Origin: Pseudobdellovibrionaceae bacterium | GTDB lineage: Bacteria; Bdellovibrionota; Bdellovibrionia; Bdellovibrionales; Bdellovibrionaceae | NCBI GenBank assembly: GCA_039810425.1 | Contig: JBDHWW010000003.1 | Location: 32,001 to 96,000, forward strand | Reading direction: 5' to 3' | Length of the DNA: 64,000 bases | Shown here: one piece after another, positions 44,584 through 54,669 of the stretch | How positions within the stretch are numbered: position 1 is the stretch's first letter | Layout of the letters: each line of letters begins with the position of its first letter | Translations under genes and position numbers: made by a program | Notes under the pieces: generated by a model | Told to the model about the DNA's origin: nothing | Database searches by the model: none | The model's input: only the letters and a program-made list of their open reading frames with translations

Positions 44584-46854
44584 ATGGATATTTTTGCAAA
44601 AATCACCCAACACTTAAACCCTCCCCAAAAAGATGCCGTTGAGACTTTAGATGGTCCTATATTGATTTTGGCGGGTGCCGGCTCCGGAAAAACCCGGGTT
44701 TTAACCAATAGAATGGCCAATATTATCGCCCGGGGAGCCGCCAGCCCCGACGAAATCCTGTGTGTGACCTTCACCAACAAGGCCGCCAAAGAGATGGAGC
44801 ACCGGATTTATAAGACCCTGTCCGACATCGGCGCCCCGATCCGTAGCCAGCTCTGGATCAGCACCTTCCATAGTTTCTGCGTCAGAATCCTGCGCCAACA
44901 CATCACGCTTTTGGACTATAAAAACGGCTTCGGCATCTATGATTCTTCAGACCAGTTGAGCCAGATCAAAAAAGTCATGAAGATTCTGAACATCAACGAC
45001 AAGATGTACCCGCCAAAGAATTTCCAGGGCCGTATCAGCGACGCCAAGATGCTGGCACTGACGCCGGACGAACTCAAAAAAGCCGGCCGCCCGATGATGG
45101 ATCCAAAGACACTCGAAGTGTATAGCCTGTATGAAACCGAAATGAAAAAGGCCAACAGCCTGGATTTCGACGACTTGTTGTTAAAGACCTACGAACTCTT
45201 CCGCATGTATCCGGACATCCTTGAGTCTTACCAAGACAAGTTCAAATACATCATGGTGGATGAATATCAGGATACGAACCGTATTCAATACCTCCTCGTG
45301 CAAATGCTCGCGAATAAGCACCACAATCTCTGTGTTGTCGGCGACGAAGATCAGTCGATCTATAGCTGGCGGGGCGCGGATATTTCGAACATCCTCAACT
45401 TCGAAAAAGACTTCCCCGAAGCCAAAGTCGTTAAGCTGGAAGAGAACTATCGCTCGTCGAGCAACATTGTGACGGCGGCGACCCATGTGATTAAGAACAA
45501 CACCCAACGTAAAGACAAGACGCTCTTTACCTCAAACCCTGACGGTGACTTGATCCAGGTCCGTGAAGAAAAGAACGAATACGATGAGGCTCGTTTCGTC
45601 GCAAAGACCATTCAGAGCATGATGGACGCGGGCGAAGGCTCGTACAATGACTACGCGGTTTTCTATCGCACCAATGCCCAGTCGCGCGTGCTCGAAGAAC
45701 AGCTCCGCACCCTCGGAATTCCCTATCGCCTGATCGGCGGCGTGAAGTTCTATGAGCGCATGGAGATCAAAGACATTATCTCTTATATGAAGCTGGCCGT
45801 GAATCCGGCCGACGATGTCGCGTTCAAACGTGTGATCAACGTCCCTGCCCGCGGCATCGGCAAAACCACCGTCGACAAACTCGAAGAGTTTGCGATTGAG
45901 CACAAGCTGAGCCTCTCCATCGCGGCCCAGAAAGCGGTCGACACGAAGCTCTTTAATGCCGGCACGACGTCCAAAATCCGCCGCTTCCTCGAAATCACGG
46001 AAGAACTGCAAGTTTCAGCGGGCCAGTTCAAACTGCCTGAGTTTTATCACATCCTCTTGGACCGCACGGAATACGTCAATGCACTGAAAGCTGAAGATTC
46101 ACCGGAAGCCCAGGCCCGTATTGAAAACTTGGATGAGTTGGACAATGCTATCACTCAATTCGTGAAAGAACGTGGCGAAGAAAGTTCGCTCTTGTCATTC
46201 CTTGAAGAGATGGCCTTGGTGGCTGATGTGGACTCATTGGATTATGAGGTCAATGCCGTCACACTGATGACTTTGCATATCTCTAAAGGTTTGGAATTCC
46301 CTTATGTCTTTGTCGTCGGTCTTGAAGAGAACCTCTTCCCGAGCAACCGCGGCGTGGATGAGTCGGGCAATGAAGATGTTGAAGAGGAGCGACGCTTGGC
46401 TTACGTGGGCATGACCCGTGCGCGCCAGAAGCTTTGGATGACTTACACCCGTGTCCGCCGCGTTTGGGGGCAGGAGCAGTTCAATCCGCCGTCGAGATTT
46501 ATAAAAGAAATTCCGCAAAAGCTCGTTGAATTTAAATCCGCTATCGATGCTCCCCGCTTCTTGTCGCGCTATGGTGCCTCGGGTGGTGGCGATTATGACG
46601 ATGCGGTTGCACATTCTCCTAAATTCCGTCAAAGCAAGACGGATTATGATTCACAAAGCTTTCCCGACTATGACGAAGACGGAGGCAAAGGCAGCAGTTA
46701 CCATAAGGGCATGCGCGTGCGTCATCCAACCTTCGGCGTCGGTTCGGTATTTGCAACCGAAGGTGCGGGCGATGATCTTAAGGTGAGTGTCATGTTCGCG
46801 GATCAGACGGTGAAAAAGTTTATCGTCAAATACGCTCGCCTGGAAAAAGTTTAG
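44584..46854 (+). CDS. uvrD: ATP-dependent DNA helicase UvrD/PcrA
   Basis: AGAGSGKT, TFTNKAA, DEYQD, GDEDQSIYSWRGA and EERRLAYVGMTRA motifs; C-terminal Tudor-like domain. Confidence 0.96.
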   Translation: MDIFAKITQHLNPPQKDAVETLDGPILILAGAGSGKTRVLTNRMANIIARGAASPDEILCVTFTNKAAKEMEHRIYKTLSDIGAPIRSQLWISTFHSFCVRILRQHITLLDYKNGFGIYDSSDQLSQIKKVMKILNINDKMYPPKNFQGRISDAKMLALTPDELKKAGRPMMDPKTLEVYSLYETEMKKANSLDFDDLLLKTYELFRMYPDILESYQDKFKYIMVDEYQDTNRIQYLLVQMLANKHHNLCVVGDEDQSIYSWRGADISNILNFEKDFPEAKVVKLEENYRSSSNIVTAATHVIKNNTQRKDKTLFTSNPDGDLIQVREEKNEYDEARFVAKTIQSMMDAGEGSYNDYAVFYRTNAQSRVLEEQLRTLGIPYRLIGGVKFYERMEIKDIISYMKLAVNPADDVAFKRVINVPARGIGKTTVDKLEEFAIEHKLSLSIAAQKAVDTKLFNAGTTSKIRRFLEITEELQVSAGQFKLPEFYHILLDRTEYVNALKAEDSPEAQARIENLDELDNAITQFVKERGEESSLLSFLEEMALVADVDSLDYEVNAVTLMTLHISKGLEFPYVFVVGLEENLFPSNRGVDESGNEDVEEERRLAYVGMTRARQKLWMTYTRVRRVWGQEQFNPPSRFIKEIPQKLVEFKSAIDAPRFLSRYGASGGGDYDDAVAHSPKFRQSKTDYDSQSFPDYDEDGGKGSSYHKGMRVRHPTFGVGSVFATEGAGDDLKVSVMFADQTVKKFIVKYARLEKV

Positions 46855-46925
46855 TCTTGACTGTACCCACAGCTGTGACAAAGTTTTTGTTATTCATTTT
46901 TAAATAACAACTAAGGAGTCATGCA

Positions 46926-47504
46926 GTGAGAAAGTTCGTTCAGAAGGTAATTGCAGCTACGGTCGTGATCGCATCTGCTTCAACCGTCTACGCACAATAC
47001 GGATCTCGTGGTTACACTGGTTCTTCTACTTACGGTTCATCCGTGAGCTTCTCTAGCCCGAACGAAATCATTCTCAACTTGCCTGGCGTAACCACCAACG
47101 GCAGCCTGCAGTCTGGCAAGCAATGTAAAAATTGTGACCGCCAAACGGTCATCACTATTGGCGGCAACTACCTCCGCACTATTAACGCTAACATCCAAGC
47201 AGGTGCGCAAGCTCAAATCCAGTCTTTCAGCGAGACCTTGCTAACCCTCGTGGCTTTAGGTGTTTATAACTTCGATACGACATTCAAAGACGCGTTCTTC
47301 GCTCAAGGCGGCCTTGGTATCTATCCAGTTATTAAGGACAATGGTACTGGCCATGAAAGCAAGTTTGGCCTTATGATTGGTGGCGGTAAACGCTTCCCTC
47401 TTTGGGGCAACGTAAACTACATCCCCTCTGCCTCACTGGTGAAACGCGGTGACTTGGATATCGGCTTTGATATCGAGTTCTTGAACTTCTCTGTCATGTT
47501 CTAA
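46926..47504 (+). CDS. Putative outer-membrane beta-barrel protein
   Basis: AAGGAG RBS, signal peptide, beta-strand pattern, terminal Phe. Confidence 0.72.
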   Translation: MRKFVQKVIAATVVIASASTVYAQYGSRGYTGSSTYGSSVSFSSPNEIILNLPGVTTNGSLQSGKQCKNCDRQTVITIGGNYLRTINANIQAGAQAQIQSFSETLLTLVALGVYNFDTTFKDAFFAQGGLGIYPVIKDNGTGHESKFGLMIGGGKRFPLWGNVNYIPSASLVKRGDLDIGFDIEFLNFSVMF

Positions 47505-47619
47505 GACGAAACTGGATCTAAATGCGGATTGAAAAAGGGACCTATAAAGGTCCCGGCAGTCGGTGGCGCCCTGTTTCAGCACTTGTTTCTAGTCCTTTAC
47601 GTCGTCTAAAGTCTTCGGA

Positions 47620-48057
47620 ATGACGAAATATCTTTTACCTCTGCTTTGTGTTTTCCTTTGTTCCTGCGCGAGTATCATGGGAAAAATTCTGGAAGAGCCT
47701 AAAGTGAGTCTCGCGGGAATCTCCGTCAAAGATGCTGACCTGAACGGCGCCACACTCGTCTTTGATATTGCTGTCGAAAATCCCAACAGCGTTGAAATCA
47801 AAGTTGATAGCGTCAGCTACAAAGTTTTTCTGAACAATAGAGAAATCACCCAAGCCTCAACGGACAAAGCGATCGAGATTGCCGGCAAGTCCACGGGCAA
47901 TTTTAATTTGCCACTGCCCATTGAGTACCGCAAAGTTTTTAGCGACCTTAAGGAGTTGCTGTTCTCGGAGTCTGCCTCCTATAAGATCGAAGGCAGTGCC
48001 AAAGTAAATTTGTTTTCGATTCCATTTTCCAAAGAAGGCCATGTAAAGTTACGCTAG
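47620..48057 (+). CDS. LEA_2 / WHy domain lipoprotein
   Basis: Lipobox LCS|C; VENPN motif; IPFSKEG end. Confidence 0.85.
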   Translation: MTKYLLPLLCVFLCSCASIMGKILEEPKVSLAGISVKDADLNGATLVFDIAVENPNSVEIKVDSVSYKVFLNNREITQASTDKAIEIAGKSTGNFNLPLPIEYRKVFSDLKELLFSESASYKIEGSAKVNLFSIPFSKEGHVKLR

Positions 48058-49241
48058 CGCTTGGCGCTCTTCAGCTCTTCCCACTCTTCTTGATACACCT
48101 CGAAATCAAGTGGTTTCACAATTCGATTCGCCGGTGGACTCACATAGTCGGCTTCGACGCCGTCCCAGCCACGGTAGCTGCGCTTTTCAAGCGAGTATGA
48201 GGTCTCAAAATTAGGGACGTAATAAGCCTTACCGCCACCATCAGGAATATCCACGGATAGATTCGGCATCGCAAGACCGGACAGATTTCCCCAAAGCTCT
48301 TTTTGAATCTCGAGAGAATCTTCGATGCTCGTACGCAAGTGATCCGTTCCACGTGATGGATCACACTGGAACATGTAATAGGGCTTCGCACGCAGATACA
48401 GCAATCGGCGCGATAGAGCTTGCACGATCGCCGGATGATTGTTCACGCCGTTCAATAGCACCATCTGATTCATCACCGGTATGCCGTTGTCCACAAACAT
48501 CTCAACAGAAGCCGCCGCCTCTTCGGTGATTTCACGCGGATGATTGAAATGCGACATCAAAAACACCGGCTTATGTTTCCTCAAGATTTTTACGAGGTCC
48601 TCACTCACGCGCATGGGGCACACCACCGGCATGCGAGTTCCCACACGGATAATTTCAACGTGATCAATCTTACGCAAATCAAACAGCGTTCGATCCAATT
48701 GGGCATCACTGACTGTTAGCGGATCCCCACCGGACAGGATCACTTCGCGAATCCCCGTATGGGACTTGATATACGCTAAGGCCTCCGTGTACTCGTTTTG
48801 TTTAATGAACGCCTGCTCTTGGCCGGTGAAGTGTTTACGAGTGCAATAGCGGCAGTACACGCTGCAAATATCAGTGATCAAAAACAGCGCGCGGTCCGGA
48901 TAACGATGAATAATTCTTGGCGCGGGAGTATTTCGGCGCTCGGCCAAAGGATCGAGCATCGCCTGCGTTGGCGTCGCAAGCTCCAGAGTGTTCGGCATCA
49001 GGATTCGGCGAACCGGGTCAGCAGGGTGCGCACCAGCAAGGCTCGCATAGTACGGCGTCGTGCGGATATTAAACATCTCCGCACCCTCACGAAAGGCTTC
49101 ACGCTCTTCCAAACTTAAATCAAACATCGCCGCAAAATCCGCCTGGGATTTCAAGCTCTTTTGCAACTGCCAGGTCCATCGGCTCCAATCAGAAGTGGCG
49201 ATAGCGTCAGGTTTTGGAGCTCGATTAAATTGCAGTTTCAT
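48054..49241 (-). CDS. KamA family radical SAM protein (lysine 2,3-aminomutase / EpmB-like)
   Basis: HRYPDR, CSVYCRYCTR, SGGDPL, HFNHP motifs; PLP lysine in GGGK. Confidence 0.92.
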   Translation of the reverse strand: MKLQFNRAPKPDAIATSDWSRWTWQLQKSLKSQADFAAMFDLSLEEREAFREGAEMFNIRTTPYYASLAGAHPADPVRRILMPNTLELATPTQAMLDPLAERRNTPAPRIIHRYPDRALFLITDICSVYCRYCTRKHFTGQEQAFIKQNEYTEALAYIKSHTGIREVILSGGDPLTVSDAQLDRTLFDLRKIDHVEIIRVGTRMPVVCPMRVSEDLVKILRKHKPVFLMSHFNHPREITEEAAASVEMFVDNGIPVMNQMVLLNGVNNHPAIVQALSRRLLYLRAKPYYMFQCDPSRGTDHLRTSIEDSLEIQKELWGNLSGLAMPNLSVDIPDGGGKAYYVPNFETSYSLEKRSYRGWDGVEADYVSPPANRIVKPLDFEVYQEEWEELKSAKR

Positions 49242-49430
49242 AGGCGCTTTCAGTCCTTTGCGTGGAGGTCTTTATAACAAACCTAAGACCCTTAAACCAC
49301 AGTGATTTTCGCGTTTTCCTAAACTGAGACACCAGAAGTTCAACAACTGTCTAGGCTCGTTTCAAACCGAGACAAGACTTTTTCACTTGAAAAACCAAAG
49401 GCTTAGAGCGGTTTCGCAGCTGGAGCACGT

Positions 49431-49446
49431 TGGCGTGGGCCTCGCT
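49431..49446 (+). promoter_or_regulatory. Putative sigma54 promoter for the 49499 gene
   Basis: TGGCGTGGGCCTCGCT, GG-N10-GC, about 50 nt upstream of the start. Confidence 0.5.
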
Positions 49447-49498
49447 TTACACATTGTTAGCAACAAGGGCCAAGATGGCTCATTTTTAGGAGGATGAT

Positions 49499-50881
49499 AT
49501 GAAAAAACTCACAGATACCCAAAGAAAGTGGGCTCTGACGGCATGTTTAGCTTCCGTACTTAGCTTCAACATGGTGTTAAGCCTGTCCGGTTCCAGTTAT
49601 GGTTCGATGAGCCTGGCTTCAACTGAACCACGATACGTATCGATAATCTCTAATAAAGGAGAAAAACTCGAAGTTAAGTACGTAAAAGGCGAAAAAGGTG
49701 AAGCCATCGCGTACATACCCAAGAAGTCGGAGAGCGGCTGGTGCTATGATTGCGGCGAGAAATATCTCTTGCCAAAAAATTTCGATTCAAACACCGAATC
49801 ACTGGAAGCAGCCCTTCGCATTGCGATGACCGAACGCAACGAGGCCGCAAAAGACACCTCTAAAGAAAAAGATTTGGATGCAAAACCAGCTAAGGAGGTC
49901 GCTGAAAAAGCTCCTCTTCGCCCTGAAAAGGAAGAAGACGACTTCACGGCTCTTCGCGAGCGTTGCGACAAGAAAGACGACGGCGACGAAAAAACTCATT
50001 GCTATGCAAGTGGCTTGACGACGCTTTTGACAAACAAAAAGAAAACTTATGACCGCGATGAAGTTTTGGACCTCTATCGCACAAAGATTGAGCGGGGTCT
50101 CAAAGCTGCTTTGATGGATATTTCCGACCTCGTTCCAAGCAGAAGAAGTCTTGGCCGTAATAACTTCGACTTCGACTTCGACTTCGACCTCAACACTCGT
50201 CGTAACGACGCTCAGAAATTGATTGAGGACATGACCGCGAAAATCACTGGCCGCTATAACTACCTTCGTGAAAGTTTGACGAAATTGGCAGCAAACTCCG
50301 TGTTACAAATACAAGAAATTGCCCAAATGAAGTTGAAGCAGGCTGATCAACTCAAAAATAGAGACCCACAAACTGCATTGCGCTTGCAACAAGAGGGTAC
50401 GGCGGGTCTCCACGCAGCGAACCAAGTTGCTAACAACTTTGGTGGTTCATTGTACGACAGTTTAGAAAGTGCTCGATGGAGCACTTTCATTACGGGCAAT
50501 CAGTTCGATAGCTTGTACTATACAAACTACGCTGATGTTGTGAACCAAGCGATCCGTGGCTTGGCTCAAAATCCGTTGAACTACAATCTTCCAAACGTCA
50601 CTTTGACTGATGGTTCGACAATCGTTGATCAAAATGGTCAAACATACATTGTGACTTCAACGAACAATCGTAACAACACGACGATTCAAAGTGGTGGCCG
50701 TAATATCACGGTGATGATGAACAACTTAACGCCAGCAAATGTCGTGACCGCGATGACTCCGCGTCTTGCTATAAACGGCATTGGTCAGCCAGGCTCTGCA
50801 ACGATCCACGCGATCCAAGGTGTCTCTGCCCCCGTGAATCAAACGACATTGCCGGCCATCCGCGGCGGTCGTGGATACTAA
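49499..50881 (+). CDS. Hypothetical exported or membrane-anchored protein
   Basis: AGGAGG RBS, N-terminal hydrophobic segment, CxxC, helical core, Asn/Thr-rich tail. Confidence 0.8.
   Translation: MKKLTDTQRKWALTACLASVLSFNMVLSLSGSSYGSMSLASTEPRYVSIISNKGEKLEVKYVKGEKGEAIAYIPKKSESGWCYDCGEKYLLPKNFDSNTESLEAALRIAMTERNEAAKDTSKEKDLDAKPAKEVAEKAPLRPEKEEDDFTALRERCDKKDDGDEKTHCYASGLTTLLTNKKKTYDRDEVLDLYRTKIERGLKAALMDISDLVPSRRSLGRNNFDFDFDFDLNTRRNDAQKLIEDMTAKITGRYNYLRESLTKLAANSVLQIQEIAQMKLKQADQLKNRDPQTALRLQQEGTAGLHAANQVANNFGGSLYDSLESARWSTFITGNQFDSLYYTNYADVVNQAIRGLAQNPLNYNLPNVTLTDGSTIVDQNGQTYIVTSTNNRNNTTIQSGGRNITVMMNNLTPANVVTAMTPRLAINGIGQPGSATIHAIQGVSAPVNQTTLPAIRGGRGY
50165..50188. repeat. In-frame hexanucleotide repeat (TTCGAC)4 encoding FDFDFDFD
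   Basis: Four perfect copies read directly from the sequence. Confidence 0.9.
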
Positions 50882-50922
50882 TTGAATTGCTTTTAAAATT
50901 GAAAGCATGAATGTGTCATCCT

Positions 50923-50947
50923 CGCCGAGCTCAGGAAGAGCTCGGCG
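50923..50947 (+). terminator. GC-rich hairpin, probable terminator
   Basis: CGCCGAGCTC-aggaa-GAGCTCGGCG between convergent genes; weak U tract. Confidence 0.6.
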
Positions 50948-51047
50948 CCTCTATTTGTGCCGATCCACTTTGGAACCAGCCTGAGTCCAAAAGAGATTTT
51001 TTAAGCTGATTCCCCTAGCGATCTTTCTCGTTTCAGAAAGTTCGCAA

Positions 51048-51458
51048 TTAAACAGCCTTCAAGAAGTAGCCAGTTTGTTTTGTGGTCGCAGCCGTTCTGG
51101 TTTTCTTCATTTTCATGTAGCGTTTGAAATCTTTCGAGTAAGCTTTTTTGAAAGTTGTCTCGTGCTTGTTGAACATTTTATCCAACCAAGTGTAGTAGCA
51201 AGTGTACATGTGGTTAGACAAAAAGTTGCAATACCAAGAGAATGGCATCTGTTGCGTAAAGTTGAATCTTTTAGAGAATGTTACGATCTCTCTATTGAAC
51301 ATGGCCCACCACTTCGTTGCTTCTGTCCTATGTACGAAGTTACCAACCCAGTATGTACGGTTGCCATGTGTAAAGCCCACTTCCCAGCCGTTTCCTACCG
51401 GTTTGAAGTATGATTTAAAAGTATGTGGGCCATATTTATATGTTTTTGTCTTTGTCAT
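51048..51458 (-). CDS. Basic, aromatic-rich hypothetical protein (136 aa)
   Basis: AAGGAAGG RBS before MTKTKTYKY (51458). Confidence 0.75.
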   Translation of the reverse strand: MTKTKTYKYGPHTFKSYFKPVGNGWEVGFTHGNRTYWVGNFVHRTEATKWWAMFNREIVTFSKRFNFTQQMPFSWYCNFLSNHMYTCYYTWLDKMFNKHETTFKKAYSKDFKRYMKMKKTRTAATTKQTGYFLKAV

Positions 51459-51746
51459 CGTTGCCTTCCTTTTTATTGGCGTTGAAACAGACTCTATCTT
51501 GAGCCCGATTTTTTTTATGCTAAACGACTTTTTTGCGAGCCTAAAACTGGCAGATTTAGGAAAAAAAACTGGGCCGTGGTCGCACCTTTTTTCGACCTGC
51601 ATCAGGACCTTTCTCCCCAGATTATTGTTCGATTCTGTGAAAAAACTATATGCTCTAAATGGTTCTTAATTCAGTGAGTTCTCAGATAGACTTATTGCCA
51701 AAATTCTTTGGACTTAAAAACACATTTTTGATTATAAATAAAGTCT

Positions 51747-51974
51747 ATGTCTGCACTGGCCAACTACTTGGAGACCCTCCGGGTCAAAAAAAATCTCACT
51801 CTTGAGGAATCTGCAAAAAGGTCAAATATGGCCCCTGCATCCTATAGACAAAGAGAAAAACAGCCAGAAAAAGTGCCACTTTATATTTTGGTTTCCATAG
51901 TAAATGCATTGGCTGTGAAGGATGAAGAATTCGTCGAATTCAGTATGCTGACTTCCCGACAATTACGGGACTAG
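51747..51974 (+). CDS. Small XRE/Cro-like helix-turn-helix protein
   Basis: LETLRVKKNLTLEESAKR..SYRQRE..IVNALAV pattern. Confidence 0.65.
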   Translation: MSALANYLETLRVKKNLTLEESAKRSNMAPASYRQREKQPEKVPLYILVSIVNALAVKDEEFVEFSMLTSRQLRD

Positions 51975-51994
51975 GGCCTCAAAACCGACGCACT

Positions 51995-52633
51995 TTAGAG
52001 CTCGATAAACTTATTCGACTTCTCTGAGTATTCCCAAAGCTTACCGACTTCGAGATCGAAGTACCAGCCTGACAACGCCAAATTACCCTCGTTCAAACGC
52101 TTTTGAATAAATGGAAATGTCTTCAAGTTTTTCACCGAGACCTTTACAGCCTCAAGCTCACAACAGTGGCAAAACTTTTTGAAATCATGGATAGGAACCT
52201 GCTCAAGAGACTTCTCACGTGCTTCATCGGCAATCGTCACCCACTTACGGATAAATGTTCCTTGATCCGCCTGACTTGGGCCTGCTGCCAACGCCGCAAT
52301 GCCACCACACTGGGCGTGACCCAAAACAATCACATTCTCTACTTTGAGAACGTTCACGGCAAACTCGATCGCCGCGCTCGTACCGTGATGACCGCCGCCT
52401 TCTTCATACGGAGGTACAAGGCTTGCCACGTTGCGGATCACGAAAAGATCTCCGGGTTCCGCCGACAACAAGATCGCGGGGTCTACGCGCGAATCACTGC
52501 ACGCAATCAAAAGCGTTCTTGGGCTTTGCCCTTCGCTGCTGAGATTCAGATAGAGATCTTTCTCAAGTACAAAGTACTTGCGGCGAAATTTTCTAAATCC
52601 ATCAATAAGGTCGAGTTTTTTTGTAAGTGACAT
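51995..52633 (-). CDS. Beta-class carbonic anhydrase
   Basis: CSDSRV, GDLFVIRNVA, AAIEFAV and HAQCGG zinc-ligand motifs. Confidence 0.95.
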   Translation of the reverse strand: MSLTKKLDLIDGFRKFRRKYFVLEKDLYLNLSSEGQSPRTLLIACSDSRVDPAILLSAEPGDLFVIRNVASLVPPYEEGGGHHGTSAAIEFAVNVLKVENVIVLGHAQCGGIAALAAGPSQADQGTFIRKWVTIADEAREKSLEQVPIHDFKKFCHCCELEAVKVSVKNLKTFPFIQKRLNEGNLALSGWYFDLEVGKLWEYSEKSNKFIEL

Positions 52634-52744
52634 GTTTAAACCGCCCGATTTAAATTACCCGGGAGCTTTCACTCCCGGGTCCTGCGCCATTGCCATTGAA
52701 TCTAAGATGCCTTCACAGTTGTCGTACGAGATGAGTGCAAAATA

Positions 52745-54172
52745 TCAAAAGCTGATAGCGGCTTTCGAGGCAAATCCATATGTGCTCGCGTTTTCAAGGT
52801 TCGCAGAACCGTTCTTGAAAGCCGCGCCTGGGAACAAAAGCCCCAATTGATTCACCCACTGAATTCGTTCCGTGGGCTTGTAAACTAGTTCAATATCCCA
52901 CTCCAAGCCGAGATCCTTTTTGAAATCAGCTTTACCCGTTGGATTCGTCATCAATTGAGCATAAGTCAAAGTGTTATTAAGATCCAAACGGTCGTTCCAC
53001 GCGTAAGAAATTTTTGGCGAGATGTAGATTGCATTGCTGATATACTCATCGTCCAACGAGTTTGCAACATCGTGGTTTACAGTTTCTTTGTATCTATTGG
53101 TTGTAAGGAAATCCGCCAGACCCAAACGATGGTTGAACATCAACATCGCCACATCGTAGTTGCGACTGAACTGATATCCTTCAAACGCGTTTGTTGTCGC
53201 AGGGTCATCACCTGTCGCCATACCCAAACGGATATTCCAATCAAATTTAGAATCTTTGCGAGGGAAGTAAATTTCCGCAGCGATTCCGTAACCATTTGAC
53301 TTGATATCTTCACCCGTTGCATTTTGCGCGCCGACGTTACCACTTGTAAAACCCGCCTCTAATTTGAAAGCGAACTTTTCCCACTCGCGGCCAAGGATGA
53401 AGCTTGTTGTAGAAACGCTGTACTCACCCGTCTTTGTCTGGCCGATTGCCGGCGGACTGTTCAATGGAACATCGTTCGCACCCAAGCTCGCTTTGCGCAC
53501 TTGTTGCATCAAACCGATCATCGAACCGGATTCTTTGCTTTCGTATTGCAAATGAAGGATCGTGTCTTGAACCGTGTTGCCCTGGGATACATTTTCGTCG
53601 TAAACACGGCCAATGATCGGCATCAAGAAGAAGTTGTCAACGATGAACTTGTAACCAACCATGTCTTCCGTATCGCCCCAATGGTCGAACATGCCATTGC
53701 CCGCATTATGAGTAATACCAAGACCGAACTCAAGAGGCGCACGACCCAACACGAGAGCGCCATACTCTTGATTCACGTTCAAGTATAATTGAGAAACGCG
53801 CATCTGTGTGGAAGGATGATTTCTAGAATACACATTGGATTGGCCGGCCGTATTGGTTGCATCCCAGCCCTGGCCCCACATTTGACCGACTTGAGCGTCC
53901 GCATACGCGGGATCTTGATTCGCCAAAACATCAAAGCGGGAAACGATATTCACACCGTCTGTTGCAATGATTTTTGGGCTCAAAGAAAGATAATTCAAAC
54001 CATAGGATTTCATTCCGTAGGGAGTCGCCAGTGTCGGCCGGTCTACTTGGGTCCATTCAAAACGGTACGTCCCTTTCCAATCGATGCTAAGAGCGCTGGC
54101 TGTTGAAGCCGCCACCGAAGTCAAAAGAGCCGCTGCAGAAAGAAGTGCTTTATTTTTCAACGTCATATTCAC
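52745..54172 (-). CDS. Large outer-membrane beta-barrel / porin-like protein
   Basis: Signal peptide, GRAPLEFGLG, DLGLEWD, terminal Phe; resembles alginate-export-type barrels. Confidence 0.75.
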   Translation of the reverse strand: MNMTLKNKALLSAAALLTSVAASTASALSIDWKGTYRFEWTQVDRPTLATPYGMKSYGLNYLSLSPKIIATDGVNIVSRFDVLANQDPAYADAQVGQMWGQGWDATNTAGQSNVYSRNHPSTQMRVSQLYLNVNQEYGALVLGRAPLEFGLGITHNAGNGMFDHWGDTEDMVGYKFIVDNFFLMPIIGRVYDENVSQGNTVQDTILHLQYESKESGSMIGLMQQVRKASLGANDVPLNSPPAIGQTKTGEYSVSTTSFILGREWEKFAFKLEAGFTSGNVGAQNATGEDIKSNGYGIAAEIYFPRKDSKFDWNIRLGMATGDDPATTNAFEGYQFSRNYDVAMLMFNHRLGLADFLTTNRYKETVNHDVANSLDDEYISNAIYISPKISYAWNDRLDLNNTLTYAQLMTNPTGKADFKKDLGLEWDIELVYKPTERIQWVNQLGLLFPGAAFKNGSANLENASTYGFASKAAISF

Positions 54173-54669
54173 CTTTTTTGAAATGAGCCAAGAACACCGA
54201 GAACATCGCTTTCGCGAAGAATCAGAACATCTTGGTCTTGAACTTTTAGTTTGGAACCCGCGTACTCTGAGAAAAGAACTTTATCGCCGACCTTCAAATC
54301 CATCGGACGAACATGGCCTTTTCTGTTGCGGTGGCCGCGGCCCACGGAAACAACAAAACCCTGCAAGTTTCCGGAAACATCCGCCACTGTGTCAGGGATG
54401 TACAAACCGCCGGCGGTCATTTTTTCGGCACCCGTCAATTGAACCATCACACGGTCGTCCAACGGAGTGACAAAGTTGCTGAAGTCTAATTTCTTCTCTA
54501 TGGGTTTAGAAAAAGGTTTCGCTGAAGCCGCCTTCTTCGCCGTCTTTTTCGGCGCACCCGTTGCTGCCTTTTTCTTCGGCATTGCCTTCTTCGCCGTCTT
54601 TTTCTTGGCAACGGCCTTTTTCGCGGCCGTTTTTTTAACCGGAGCTTTTTTTATTTTACCTTTGGCCAC
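54169..54669 (-). CDS. groES: Co-chaperonin GroES with a Lys/Ala-rich N-terminal extension
   Basis: PLDDRV, mobile loop TAGGLYIP, KVGDKVLFSEYAG and LRESDVLG motifs. Confidence 0.92.
   Translation of the reverse strand: MAKGKIKKAPVKKTAAKKAVAKKKTAKKAMPKKKAATGAPKKTAKKAASAKPFSKPIEKKLDFSNFVTPLDDRVMVQLTGAEKMTAGGLYIPDTVADVSGNLQGFVVSVGRGHRNRKGHVRPMDLKVGDKVLFSEYAGSKLKVQDQDVLILRESDVLGVLGSFQKR

Noticed and set aside
47537..47554. Hairpin GGGACCT-ataa-AGGTCCC as terminator of the 46926 gene
   Set aside because: There is no U tract on the plus strand, and the A tract is on the wrong side for this gene; too weak to call.
50165..50188. Phase-variation switch at (TTCGAC)4
   Set aside because: The unit is 6 nt, so slippage keeps the reading frame; only loop length could vary.
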